Position numbers and translations under genes: made by a program. Source: an uncultured Chloroflexia bacterium (GTDB lineage Bacteria; Chloroflexota; Limnocylindria; Limnocylindrales; CSP1-4). From it: a DNA stretch of 64,000 nucleotides. Location of the stretch: contig CAWGCS010000001.1 of the NCBI GenBank assembly GCA_963821235.1, positions 2,390,624 to 2,454,623 of the forward strand, written 5' to 3'. Below, piece after piece: positions 10,000 through 18,181 of this stretch. Below the pieces are notes generated by a model, which worked only from the letters and a program-made list of their open reading frames with translations, did no database searches and was not told where the DNA came from. The stretch's first letter is position 1. Each line of letters opens with the position of its first letter.

Positions 10000-11309
10000 G
10001 CGGGCCGCCCGGAAGCGAGCGGGCGCTCATGCATGACGACCGTCTGGGTCCGCTCCGGCCCGACCGAGACGAGCCGGATCGGCACGCCGGCCAGCTCCTC
10101 GAGCGCCCGGACGTACGCGCGGGCGTCGGGCGGGAGGTCGTCCGGGAGGCGGGCCTCGTGGATCTGCTCCGGCCAGCCGGCGAATTGCTTGTAGACCGGC
10201 GTCGCCCGGCCGACCTCCTCGGCGGAGGCGGGCCAGCGCTCCACGCGCCGGCCGTCGATCTCGTAGGCGATGCAGAGGAGGATCTCGTCGAGGCCGGCCA
10301 GGATGTCCAGCTTGTTGAGGACGATGCTGCTGACGCTGTTGACGTCGACCGCGTAGCGCAGGGGGACGGCGTCGAACCAGCCAACCCGTCGCCTGCGCCC
10401 GGTCGTCGTCCCGAACTCGTGGCCGCGCATGGCGATCCCCTCGCCGATCGCGTCGTGGAGCTCGGTGGGGTACGGCCCGGCGCCCACCCGCGTGGTGTAG
10501 GCCTTCATCACCCCGATCACCTCGGAGACCTGGAGCGGTCCGATCCCGCCGCCGGTGCAGGCGCCGCCGGCGACCGGGCTGGAGGAGGTGACGAAGGGGT
10601 AGGAGCCGTGATCGAGGTCGAGCAGGGTGCCCTGGGCTCCCTCGAGGAGGACGTGGTCGCCCGCGCGGAGGGCGTCCTGGACGAGCGTGGTTGTGTCGGC
10701 GATGGCCGGCCGGAGGCGGGCGCCCCAGCCCAGGGCCTCCTCCAGGATGGCCTCGACGAGGAAGGGCTCGCCATGGTCGCCCAGGTGGGCCAGGCGGGCG
10801 TTGGCGTCGGGGACGACCCGCTCCAGCTTGTGGCGCAGGGCCGCCGGGTCCAGGAGGTCCTCCATGCGGACCCCGACCCGGGCGGCGCGGTCGGCGTAGG
10901 CGGGCCCGATCCCCCGGCTCGTTGTCCCGATCCCCTCGCGTCCCAGGCGCGCCTCGGAGGCCCGGTCCTGGGCCACGTGGTAGGGAAGGATGACGTGGGC
11001 CGCGTGCGAGACCCGCACTCGCGAGGCGTCGACGCCCCGCGCCGCGAGCGCGTCAAGCTCGCGGATGAGAGTCGCCGGGTTGACGACGACGCCGGGCCCG
11101 ATGAGGGGGACGATGTGGGGGTAGAGCACGCCCGACGGGACGAGGTGGAGCTTGAACACCTCGCGGCCGAGGACGATCGTGTGGCCGGCGTTGTCGCCGC
11201 CCTGGTAGCGGACCACCCAGCGGACCTGCTCGGCGAGGAAGTCGGTCGCCTTGCCCTTCCCCTCGTCGCCCCACTGGAGGCCGACGATCACCGTCGCCGG
11301 CATGGCCAT
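9996..11309 (-). CDS. purA: adenylosuccinate synthetase
   Basis: MAMPATVIVGLQWGDEGKGK P-loop. ATG at 11309 or 11303, preceded by GGGGAGGGG. The upstream part of track ORF 9996..11675 is leader, not coding. Confidence 0.95.
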   Translation of the reverse strand: MAMPATVIVGLQWGDEGKGKATDFLAEQVRWVVRYQGGDNAGHTIVLGREVFKLHLVPSGVLYPHIVPLIGPGVVVNPATLIRELDALAARGVDASRVRVSHAAHVILPYHVAQDRASEARLGREGIGTTSRGIGPAYADRAARVGVRMEDLLDPAALRHKLERVVPDANARLAHLGDHGEPFLVEAILEEALGWGARLRPAIADTTTLVQDALRAGDHVLLEGAQGTLLDLDHGSYPFVTSSSPVAGGACTGGGIGPLQVSEVIGVMKAYTTRVGAGPYPTELHDAIGEGIAMRGHEFGTTTGRRRRVGWFDAVPLRYAVDVNSVSSIVLNKLDILAGLDEILLCIAYEIDGRRVERWPASAEEVGRATPVYKQFAGWPEQIHEARLPDDLPPDARAYVRALEELAGVPIRLVSVGPERTQTVVMHERPLASGRPA

Positions 11310-11350
11310 CCCCTCCCCACCCGTGCGCCGGACGAAGCTCGCGGGCAACG

Positions 11351-11375
11351 AAAAAGGCCCCCGCGGCCGGGGACC
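11351..11375 (-). terminator. intrinsic terminator inside the purA leader (attenuator)
   Basis: Minus strand reads GGUCCCCG-GCCG-CGGGGGCC followed by UUUUU: an 8-bp GC stem, a tetraloop and a U5 tract, 41 nt upstream of the purA ATG. Confidence 0.6.
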
Positions 11376-11512
11376 TTCTGGATACATGCCTCCCGTCGTG
11401 CGGCGCCGCGAGGGCGCCCGGAGGCGGATGGGGTGGCTGCTCGGTTCATCAGCCGACCGGGCTGCCGACCTCGGACAACGGCTCCACTCCTGCGGGGCGG
11501 GACGCGCTAGCG
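11376..11512 (-). promoter_or_regulatory. candidate riboswitch aptamer, ykkC-family-like (subtype 2, PRPP/ppGpp type suspected)
   Basis: The minus strand contains, in order, CUAGCGCGUCCCG, GUCCGAGG, a GGCGCC-CUCGC-GGCGCC hairpin and ACGACGGGAGG. These resemble the ykkC blocks CUAGGGUUCCG / GGUCCGAGAG / ACGRCGGGA. The 3' arm of the GGGA..UCCC helix overlaps the terminator 5' arm. Comparison made from memory only. Confidence 0.35.
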
Positions 11513-11535
11513 CCCGCGGCGACGGGGACCGGCGG

Positions 11536-11544
11536 AGTATAGCA
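11536..11544 (-). promoter_or_regulatory. extended -10 promoter element TGCTATACT for the pur operon leader
   Basis: AT-rich hexamer TATACT preceded by TGC, in otherwise GC-rich DNA. The same TATACTCC string recurs upstream of tRNA-Val and ftsZ. Confidence 0.4.
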
Positions 11545-11677
11545 GGGGGCCTCCGGGGCTCGCCGACCGGCCCGCGGGAGACCTCCCGGCGGGAGGCGAC
11601 GCGAGGGACGATCGGCGGGCAGGCCAGTACCTTTCGGCTACCCGGCCGGGAGGGACCTGCGGGGTACGCTGCCATTC

Positions 11678-13237
11678 GTGATCCGCCTGCTGGCGGGGCT
11701 CGGCCTCCTTGCCCCGGTCGCCATCGTCATCGTCGTCGCGCTCGCGATCCCCGGCAGCACCCTGGCGGTCGGCGCCCCGGTCACGGCCGAGGTGGCCGCC
11801 GGCGTGCTGGCGGGCGTCGTCATGACCTCCGCGATCATCTCCCTCTGGCTGCGCGCCCGGATCGTTCCCACGGTCAAGGCGGTCGAGCGGATCGCCGAGG
11901 GCGACCTGGAGGCACCGATCCCGGACCTGGCGGGAGGCCTGGGCGGGCGCCTGGCGGCGGCGGTGGCGTCCGTCTCGCGGACGCTGGCCGCCACCCACGA
12001 CGCGGCGACGACCGACCGCCTGACCGGCGTCGCCAACCGGCCGGCAATCCTGGCCACCCTGTTCGCCGAGGTCGAGCGGGCCGGCCGCTACGAGCGCCCG
12101 CTGGCGGTCGCCTTCGTCGACATCGACCTCTTCAAGAACGTCAACGACACCTATGGCCACGAGGCTGGGGACGTGGTCCTCCGCGGCGTCGCCGCCACCT
12201 TGCGGGCCAACCTCCGCGCCGCCGACACTCTCGGCCGGTACGGCGGCGAGGAGTTCATGGTGATCCTGCCGGAGACCGCGGCGGAGGCGGCGGCGGGCCT
12301 GGCCGAGAAGCTCCGCCAGCTCGTCCTCGGGGCCAAGTACCAGATCGAGGGCCAGGGCCCGGTGGGCGTCACCGTCTCCATTGGCGTCGCCACCGGCGTC
12401 GGCCAGACGCTCCGCGTGGAGGCTCTCGTCCGCGACGCCGACGCCGCGATGTACTCGGCCAAGGCGCTCGGCCGCAACCAGGTCTACCTGTTCGAGGAGC
12501 CGGACGACGACGCCCGGATCCCGCGCGCCCCGATCTCGCCCGAGGGGCGGGCCCGGGCCGTGGAGGTCGGGCGGCTCGCCCGCAAGGCCGCCGAGCAGGC
12601 CCTGATCCAGACGCTCGTCCCCTACCCCAACCATCGCGGCCAGCCGTCGGCCCGGATCGCCACGCTGGCCGTGCTCCTGGGGCGCCGCCTGGGCCTCCCC
12701 GACGCCGACCTCGACCGGCTCCGGATCGCCGCCCTCCTCCACGACGTGGGCAAGCTCGCGCTCCCCGAGGAGGTCCTCGAGAAGCCGGCCGCCCTCACCT
12801 CGCAGGAGTGGCAGTCGGTCGTCCAGCACCCCCGGATCGGCCAGGTCATCCTGGAGCAGGCGTCGGCGATCAAGGACGCGGTCCCCATCGTCCTCCACCA
12901 CCACGAGCGGTTCGGCGGCAACGGCTACCCGTACGGCCTGCGCGGCCAGGAGATCCCCCTGGGCGCCCGGATCGTGGCCCTCGCCGACGCGTACGACGCG
13001 ATGGTCCAGGATCGCCCCTACAAGCTGGCGATGAACCACCGCGAGGCGATCCGGGAGATGGCCCGCCACGCCGGCAGCCAGTTCGATCCGGACCTCGTCG
13101 ACGCCTTCATCGAGATGTTCGCCGAGGGGCTCCCCGACCTCGACCCCTCGCTCGTCGCCCTCGTCGCCCACGGCCCGACGTCCATCCGCGCCGGCGGCCG
13201 CTCCGGGCGCGGTCGCGGCCGCGCCGCCTCAGGCTGA
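11678..13237 (+). CDS. membrane-anchored diguanylate cyclase (GGDEF) fused to an HD-GYP phosphodiesterase domain
   Basis: N-terminal TM segments. GGDEF domain with RYGGEEF. C-terminal HDVGKL...[19 protein letters not shown] motifs. Confidence 0.9.
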   Translation: MIRLLAGLGLLAPVAIVIVVALAIPGSTLAVGAPVTAEVAAGVLAGVVMTSAIISLWLRARIVPTVKAVERIAEGDLEAPIPDLAGGLGGRLAAAVASVSRTLAATHDAATTDRLTGVANRPAILATLFAEVERAGRYERPLAVAFVDIDLFKNVNDTYGHEAGDVVLRGVAATLRANLRAADTLGRYGGEEFMVILPETAAEAAAGLAEKLRQLVLGAKYQIEGQGPVGVTVSIGVATGVGQTLRVEALVRDADAAMYSAKALGRNQVYLFEEPDDDARIPRAPISPEGRARAVEVGRLARKAAEQALIQTLVPYPNHRGQPSARIATLAVLLGRRLGLPDADLDRLRIAALLHDVGKLALPEEVLEKPAALTSQEWQSVVQHPRIGQVILEQASAIKDAVPIVLHHHERFGGNGYPYGLRGQEIPLGARIVALADAYDAMVQDRPYKLAMNHREAIREMARHAGSQFDPDLVDAFIEMFAEGLPDLDPSLVALVAHGPTSIRAGGRSGRGRGRAASG

Positions 13238-13485
13238 CGGCCACCTCGCGGGGCTCGCGTTCGCAGGCTCTCGTTCCGTCGGGGCCTGCCTCGGTCCCTG
13301 CCCGCCGTCCCGCGGCCGCATAAGCGGGCGGTGACTGCCCGGTGAGCGGCCCCCGCTAGGGTTCGCGTCCGGCGGGCTCGCCCCGATCCTCGTCGCGGAC
13401 CCGCCGTCACCGCCGAGCATCGACCCGCCGTCCATGCGAGAGGCCGCTCCCCGGCGCCGCCGGGCCGGCCAGGAGGGTTCGGACC

Positions 13486-13938
13486 GTGAACAAGGTCCTC
13501 TTGACCGGGCGGCTCACCCGGGACCCCGAGATGCGAGCGCTCGCGTCCGGCAAGCACGTCGCGACGTTCTCGATCGCGACCAACGAGTACGTCGGGAACG
13601 GCCGGGAGAAGGCCGAGTACCACGCCGTCATCACCTGGGACCGTCTGGCCGACATCTGCGCCCAGTACCTCGGCAAGGGGTCGATGGTCGCCGTCGAGGG
13701 ACGCCTGCAGACCCGCCAGTGGGACGACGAGGCCGGCAAGCGCCACTGGAAGACCGAGGTCGTGGCCGCCGCCGTCGAGATGCTCTCCGGTCGGCGCAAG
13801 AAGGACTACGCCGCCGACGCGCTCGCGGCGCAGGGCGCGTCGCTCGGCGACGACGGGCTCGAGGGCGACGATGACGGCACCGTGGCGGCGGTCGAGGCGG
13901 CCGCCGAGCCCGAGGCCGAGGAGCTTGCCGTGGCCTGA
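13486..13938 (+). CDS. ssb: single-stranded DNA-binding protein
   Basis: OB-fold N-terminus MNKVLLTGRLTRDPE...WDRLADICAQYLGKGSMVAVEGRLQTRQW. GTG start preceded by CCAGGAGGG. Confidence 0.9.
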   Translation: MNKVLLTGRLTRDPEMRALASGKHVATFSIATNEYVGNGREKAEYHAVITWDRLADICAQYLGKGSMVAVEGRLQTRQWDDEAGKRHWKTEVVAAAVEMLSGRRKKDYAADALAAQGASLGDDGLEGDDDGTVAAVEAAAEPEAEELAVA

Positions 13939-13964
13939 GCGTCCCCCACCGCACCTTCCGGACC

Positions 13965-13993
13965 GACGGGCGCCGCCCTCCCCGGCGCCCGTC
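13965..13993. terminator. GC hairpin between convergent ssb and the antiporter gene
   Basis: GACGGGCGCCG-CCCTCCC-CGGCGCCCGTC: a perfect 11-bp stem. No clear U tract on either strand. Confidence 0.45.
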
Positions 13994-14025
13994 GCTTCTC
14001 CACGTCCGGCGGCCTCGGGCGATGG

Positions 14026-15138
14026 TCAGCGGAGCTCGAAGAAGGAGACGGCGAGGACCACGTAGACGATCACCAGGAGGGCCCCCTCCAGCCAGTTGGA
14101 CTCGCCGTCGATGGCGATGAGGGCGCTGATCCCGACCGCGGCGGCCACGGCGGCCACCTCGAGCGGGTGGAAGACGAGGTCCATCGGCTGGCCGATGAGG
14201 GCGCCGAGGATGACGAGGACGGGTCCCACGAACAGGGCGACCTGGAGGCTCGAGCCGTAGGCCACGGCCATCGAGAACTCCATCCGGTTCTTCCACGCCA
14301 GCTGGACGGCCACGATGTGCTCGGCCAGGTTGCCGATCGTGGGGATCACGACGACGCCCACGAAGAAGGCGGAGAGCCCGAACGTCGCGATGAACGGCTC
14401 GATGGAGCCCACCAGAATCTCCGACAGCACGGCGAGGAGGCCGGCCGCCGCGAGGAGGACCGCGACCGCCGTGCCACGCCCCCAGGCCGGGCCCCCGTGC
14501 TCGTCGGCCGGCTCGTGGCCGCCGAGGGTGCGCCCCGCATTGCGGAACGAATAGACGAGCGAGAGCCCGTAGCCGACGATGAGGAGGACCGCGACGAGCA
14601 CGGACTCCTCGGTGATCGTCCCCTGCTCGGCGGACCCCGTGCTGAAGGCGAAGATGGCCGGCACGAAGAAGCCGATGGCGGCGACAACGAGGAGGGCGGC
14701 GTTGGCGCCGGCGATCCGGGCGTCGAAGCGCTGGATGCCGTTGCGGATCCCGCCGAAGAGGACGCTCGCCCCGAGGACCAGCAGCAGGTTGCCGATGATC
14801 GAGCCCGTGAGGGAGGCCTTGACGACGTCGAGCAGCCCCGCCTGGAGGGCGAAGAAGGCGATGATCAGCTCGGCGATGTTGCCGAAGGTCGCGTTGAGGA
14901 CGCCGCCCACCTGGGGGCTGGTGAGCGCTCCCAGGCGTTCCGTCGAGAGCCCGACGATCCAGGCCAGGCCGAGGATGGCGAGCGCCGAGATCACGAACAG
15001 GAGGGACGGATCGGCGCCGACGACCCACTCGAGGACGATCGCCACGGCTGACAGCGCGCCGACGGCGAGCACGAGCAGGCGCGAGAGCGGCGAGAGGGCG
15101 CCGAGGATCGGCAGGCGGCGCGTCGCGTCCATGGCCAC
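14026..15138 (-). CDS. Ca2+/H+ antiporter (CaCA family)
   Basis: Polytopic membrane protein of 370 aa with the duplicated GNxAE motif ([10 protein letters not shown] and [10 protein letters not shown]). Confidence 0.85.
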   Translation of the reverse strand: MAMDATRRLPILGALSPLSRLLVLAVGALSAVAIVLEWVVGADPSLLFVISALAILGLAWIVGLSTERLGALTSPQVGGVLNATFGNIAELIIAFFALQAGLLDVVKASLTGSIIGNLLLVLGASVLFGGIRNGIQRFDARIAGANAALLVVAAIGFFVPAIFAFSTGSAEQGTITEESVLVAVLLIVGYGLSLVYSFRNAGRTLGGHEPADEHGGPAWGRGTAVAVLLAAAGLLAVLSEILVGSIEPFIATFGLSAFFVGVVVIPTIGNLAEHIVAVQLAWKNRMEFSMAVAYGSSLQVALFVGPVLVILGALIGQPMDLVFHPLEVAAVAAAVGISALIAIDGESNWLEGALLVIVYVVLAVSFFELR

Positions 15139-15144
15139 GCGATC

Positions 15145-16116
15145 CTAGCGGCCGGGCTCGGCGCCGTAGAGGCGACGTCGCGGGATGCCGGACACGGCCG
15201 CGATGCGCCGGGCGGCGTCCCCGCGGGCGGCGCCGGCCGCGACGAGCCGCTCCACCTCGGCCCGGGCAGCGGCCAGCGGGTCCGCGCCCTCGCTCCCGGG
15301 CGCGACGGAGCCGCTCCCGCGCGGCCCGCCGGCCGTCCCGACCACGACCACGAACTCGCCCCGTGCGGCGATCCCGCCGCTCGCCGCGGCGGCCGCCAGC
15401 GCTCCGAGAGCGCCCCGGCGGACCTCCTCGTGCAGCTTCGTCAGCTCCCGGCAGACCGCCGCCGGCCGCTCGGGGCCGCAGGCCGCCGCCAGGTCGGCCA
15501 GCGTGGCGGCGACCCGCCCGGGGGCCTCGAAGAGGACGGCCGCCCGGGTGTCGGCGGCCAGGCGGGCCAGCCTCTCGCGCCGCTCGCGGCCGCTGCGGGG
15601 CAGGAATCCCTCGAAGACCCAGCGCGGGCCGGCCACGCCGGACGCCACGAGCGCGGCGAGGACGGCGGACGGCCCGGGGATCGGCACGACCGTCCCGCCT
15701 GTCCCGGCCCAGGCCGCGACGAGCTCGCCGCCCGGATCGGAGACCAGCGGCGTCCCGGCATCGGTCACCAGGGCGAGGTCGGCGCCGGCGCCCAGGTGGG
15801 CCAGCAGCTCCGGGCCACGCGAGGCGGCGTTGCGGGCGTGATAGCTGACCAGCCGCGTGGTGATCCCGTGGCGGGCGAAGAGGCGGCGCGTCAGCCGGGT
15901 GTCCTCGGCGGCGACGAGGGGGACGGCCGCCAGCACCTCGAGGGCGCGCAGCGTGACGTCGGAGAGGTTCCCGATCGGCGTGGCGACCACGTAGAGGCGG
16001 CCGCTCAGGGCCCCGTCGGCGCGGTCCGCAGAACCCGGCGCCCCGTCCGCGCCGCCCGCCGAACTCGGCCGGGCCGGCCCGCCCGGCACCACGCCGGGGC
16101 GCGCGTCGCGGCTCAC
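15145..16116 (-). CDS. rsmI: 16S rRNA (cytidine1402-2'-O)-methyltransferase
   Basis: [22 protein letters not shown]...AAEDTR motif of the tetrapyrrole-methylase-like RsmI family. GTG 16116 lies in a GTGA overlap with the nadE stop. Confidence 0.9.
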   Translation of the reverse strand: MSRDARPGVVPGGPARPSSAGGADGAPGSADRADGALSGRLYVVATPIGNLSDVTLRALEVLAAVPLVAAEDTRLTRRLFARHGITTRLVSYHARNAASRGPELLAHLGAGADLALVTDAGTPLVSDPGGELVAAWAGTGGTVVPIPGPSAVLAALVASGVAGPRWVFEGFLPRSGRERRERLARLAADTRAAVLFEAPGRVAATLADLAAACGPERPAAVCRELTKLHEEVRRGALGALAAAAASGGIAARGEFVVVVGTAGGPRGSGSVAPGSEGADPLAAARAEVERLVAAGAARGDAARRIAAVSGIPRRRLYGAEPGR

Positions 16117-17099
16117 GTCCGGGCGCTGCCGGGCCGTCGCCGCGGGTAGAGGTAGTCGACCCCGGCCGTCCGCGGCCCGAGCTTGGCGATCGGCGGCACC
16201 TGCCGCTTGAACTCCGCCCCGGCGACCATGCGGAGGACCCGGGCGACCGTGGCGGGGTCGAAGCCGAGCGCTGCCAGCTCCTCCTCCGACCGGCGCCGGT
16301 CGATCATCCAGAAGAGGAGGCGGTCCAGCTCGTGGTAGGTGAACCCGGCCTCCGCCTCGTCAGTCTGGCCGGGCCACAGGTCCGCCGATGGCGCCTTGCG
16401 GAGGATCGCGTCGGGGACGCCCAGGTCCAGCGACAGCTGGCGGACCTGCGTCTTGTAGAGGTCGCCGATCGGGTTGAAGGCGCAGGCGCTGTCGCCGAAC
16501 AGCGTCGTGTAGCCGATCAGCGACTCCGTCTTGTTGCCGGTCCCGACGACGAGCCCGCCCCAGGTTACCGAGGCGTCGTAGAGCACCATCATCCGGGCCC
16601 GGGCCATGAAGTTGCCGCGACGCAGGGAGGACGCCTCGAGGGCCTCAGGCCCGCCGGCCCCCGGGGCTTCGTCGACGCCGAAGAAGCCGTCCACGATCGG
16701 GCTGATGTCGACGAGCCGGCTGGCGCAGCCCAGTCGCCGCACGACCTCCTCGGCATCGGAGCGCGAGGCCGGCGAGGAGGTCCGATAGGGCATCAGGACG
16801 CAGAGCAGGCGGTCCGGCCCGATCGCCTCGGCGACGAGATGGGCGACGAGCGCGGAGTCGATCCCGCCGGAGAGGCCCAGGACGGCCCGCTCGAAGCCGG
16901 CCTGGCGGAGCTGCCCGCGGACGAAGCCGGCGATCACGCGGCGGGCGGCGGCCGTGTCGATGCGGAGCTCCTCGGGCAGCTCGAAGGGCGGCTCGCCGCC
17001 GGCCCCGGGCCCGTTGACGGCTCCGGGTCCGCCGCCGGTCCCGGGCCCTCCGACGCGGGCGCGTACGCCCGGCGCGTCGAGCTCCGGGTCGCCGGTCAC
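16113..17099 (-). CDS. nadE: NAD+ synthetase, synthetase (ATP-pyrophosphatase) part
   Basis: LGLSGGIDSALVAHL PP-loop. Start taken at GTG 17099 in a GTGA overlap with the upstream CN-hydrolase ORF. A Gly/Pro linker follows. Confidence 0.85.
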   Translation of the reverse strand: MTGDPELDAPGVRARVGGPGTGGGPGAVNGPGAGGEPPFELPEELRIDTAAARRVIAGFVRGQLRQAGFERAVLGLSGGIDSALVAHLVAEAIGPDRLLCVLMPYRTSSPASRSDAEEVVRRLGCASRLVDISPIVDGFFGVDEAPGAGGPEALEASSLRRGNFMARARMMVLYDASVTWGGLVVGTGNKTESLIGYTTLFGDSACAFNPIGDLYKTQVRQLSLDLGVPDAILRKAPSADLWPGQTDEAEAGFTYHELDRLLFWMIDRRRSEEELAALGFDPATVARVLRMVAGAEFKRQVPPIAKLGPRTAGVDYLYPRRRPGSART

Positions 17100-17998
17100 T
17101 GGTCGGGCTCCGGGTCGCCGGTCGCGTCGGGCGCGAGCCCTGCGCGCTCGGCCACGATCCGCTCCAGCTCCCGGACCAGCAGCTCGGGGCGCTCGTCCCG
17201 GAGCAGGGGCAGGGCGATGCGCTCGCGCCGCACGTCGGCGAGCGGCACGTCGGCGTAGACGAGCGCCTCGTCGTAGAGGGGCGCCTGGACGATCGGCTCG
17301 CCGGTCGGGCCCAGCACCTCGCTGCCGCCCCAGAAGCTGATCGACTCGTCGACGCCGACGCGGTTGCAGAAGACCACCACGCTCGTCGTCAGCTGGGCGT
17401 AGGTCCGCAGGAGCAGGCGCCACGAGGCCGCGGTCCCCAGGCCCTCCGCGTGGGTCGCCGCCAGGTCCCGCCCGGGCGAAGAGGAGACGTTGACGAGGAT
17501 CTGGGCCCCGTCGAGGGCCAGCAGGTGGGCGGTCCCCAGGTGCCAGAAGTCCTCGCAGATGGCCAGCCCGATCCCCACCCCGAGGCGCGACGGCACGGCG
17601 CGCAGGGCGTCGCCCGCGGCGAAGAAGCGGCGCTCGTCGAAGAGGCCATAGGTCGGCAGGTGGACCTTGCGATAGACGTGGCGGAGACGCCCGTCCTCGA
17701 GGAGCGCGGCCGCGATGAACAGGCGATGGTCGCCCGACTCCTCGACGAAGCTGACGATGGCCGAGCAGCCGGCGGTCTCCGCGGCGAGCGCCGCGAGGCG
17801 CGGGTCGTCGACCCGCATGGCGACCTCCGCGGCGAGGTCCTGGAGGAGGTAGCCGGTCAGCCCCAGCTCCGGGAAGACGATCAGGCCCGCGCCCCCCGCC
17901 TTCGCCTCCTGGACGAGCGTCGCGTGGCGCGCGAGGTTGGCCTCGACGTCCCCGAGGTGAGGGGCGACCTGGGCGAGCGCGATCCGGAGCGGCTTCAC
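17096..17998 (-). CDS. carbon-nitrogen hydrolase (glutaminase part of glutamine-dependent NAD+ synthetase)
   Basis: MKPLRIALAQ...LIVFPELGLTGY...LAICEDFWH nitrilase-superfamily E-K-C motifs. Sits directly upstream of, and coupled to, the synthetase ORF. Confidence 0.85.
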   Translation of the reverse strand: MKPLRIALAQVAPHLGDVEANLARHATLVQEAKAGGAGLIVFPELGLTGYLLQDLAAEVAMRVDDPRLAALAAETAGCSAIVSFVEESGDHRLFIAAALLEDGRLRHVYRKVHLPTYGLFDERRFFAAGDALRAVPSRLGVGIGLAICEDFWHLGTAHLLALDGAQILVNVSSSPGRDLAATHAEGLGTAASWRLLLRTYAQLTTSVVVFCNRVGVDESISFWGGSEVLGPTGEPIVQAPLYDEALVYADVPLADVRRERIALPLLRDERPELLVRELERIVAERAGLAPDATGDPEPDQ

Positions 17999-18066
17999 GC
18001 TCGGAGTCTAGCCGCTGGAGGCGCCGATCGAACCCGGCACGGCCGGCGCGCGTATGTCAGGTGAGG

Positions 18067-18096
18067 GTGACGGCGCCTTCCGGCCGGTGCTAGGCT
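18067..18096 (+). promoter_or_regulatory. possible sigma70-type promoter of ABC operon 1
   Basis: GTGACG-N18-TAGGCT, about 85 nt upstream of the binding-protein ATG. Confidence 0.3.
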
Positions 18097-18181
18097 GGCG
18101 CGACCCGCGCGGCCCGAGGAGAGCGAGCCGCCGTATCTGTGTGCACCGTCCATCGGACGGAAGAGAGGAGGAGCAGGGAGC

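Noticed and set aside
7241-10384. A single 1047-aa ORF that looks like a giant fusion protein.
   Set aside because: Only the C-terminal 457 aa (purB, from GTG 8614) has coding character. The upstream part runs out of frame across purD and purA, which have their own clear frames.
11310-11560. Purine (guanine/adenine), ZTP/pfl or T-box type leader in front of purA.
   Set aside because: I found no UAUAAUCGCGUGGAUAUGGCACGCA-like purine aptamer core. I found no GACUGGCG ... CCGCCUGGGC pair in ZTP order or spacing, and no T-box specifier or T-box sequence. The ykkC-like block order fits better, though it is unverified.
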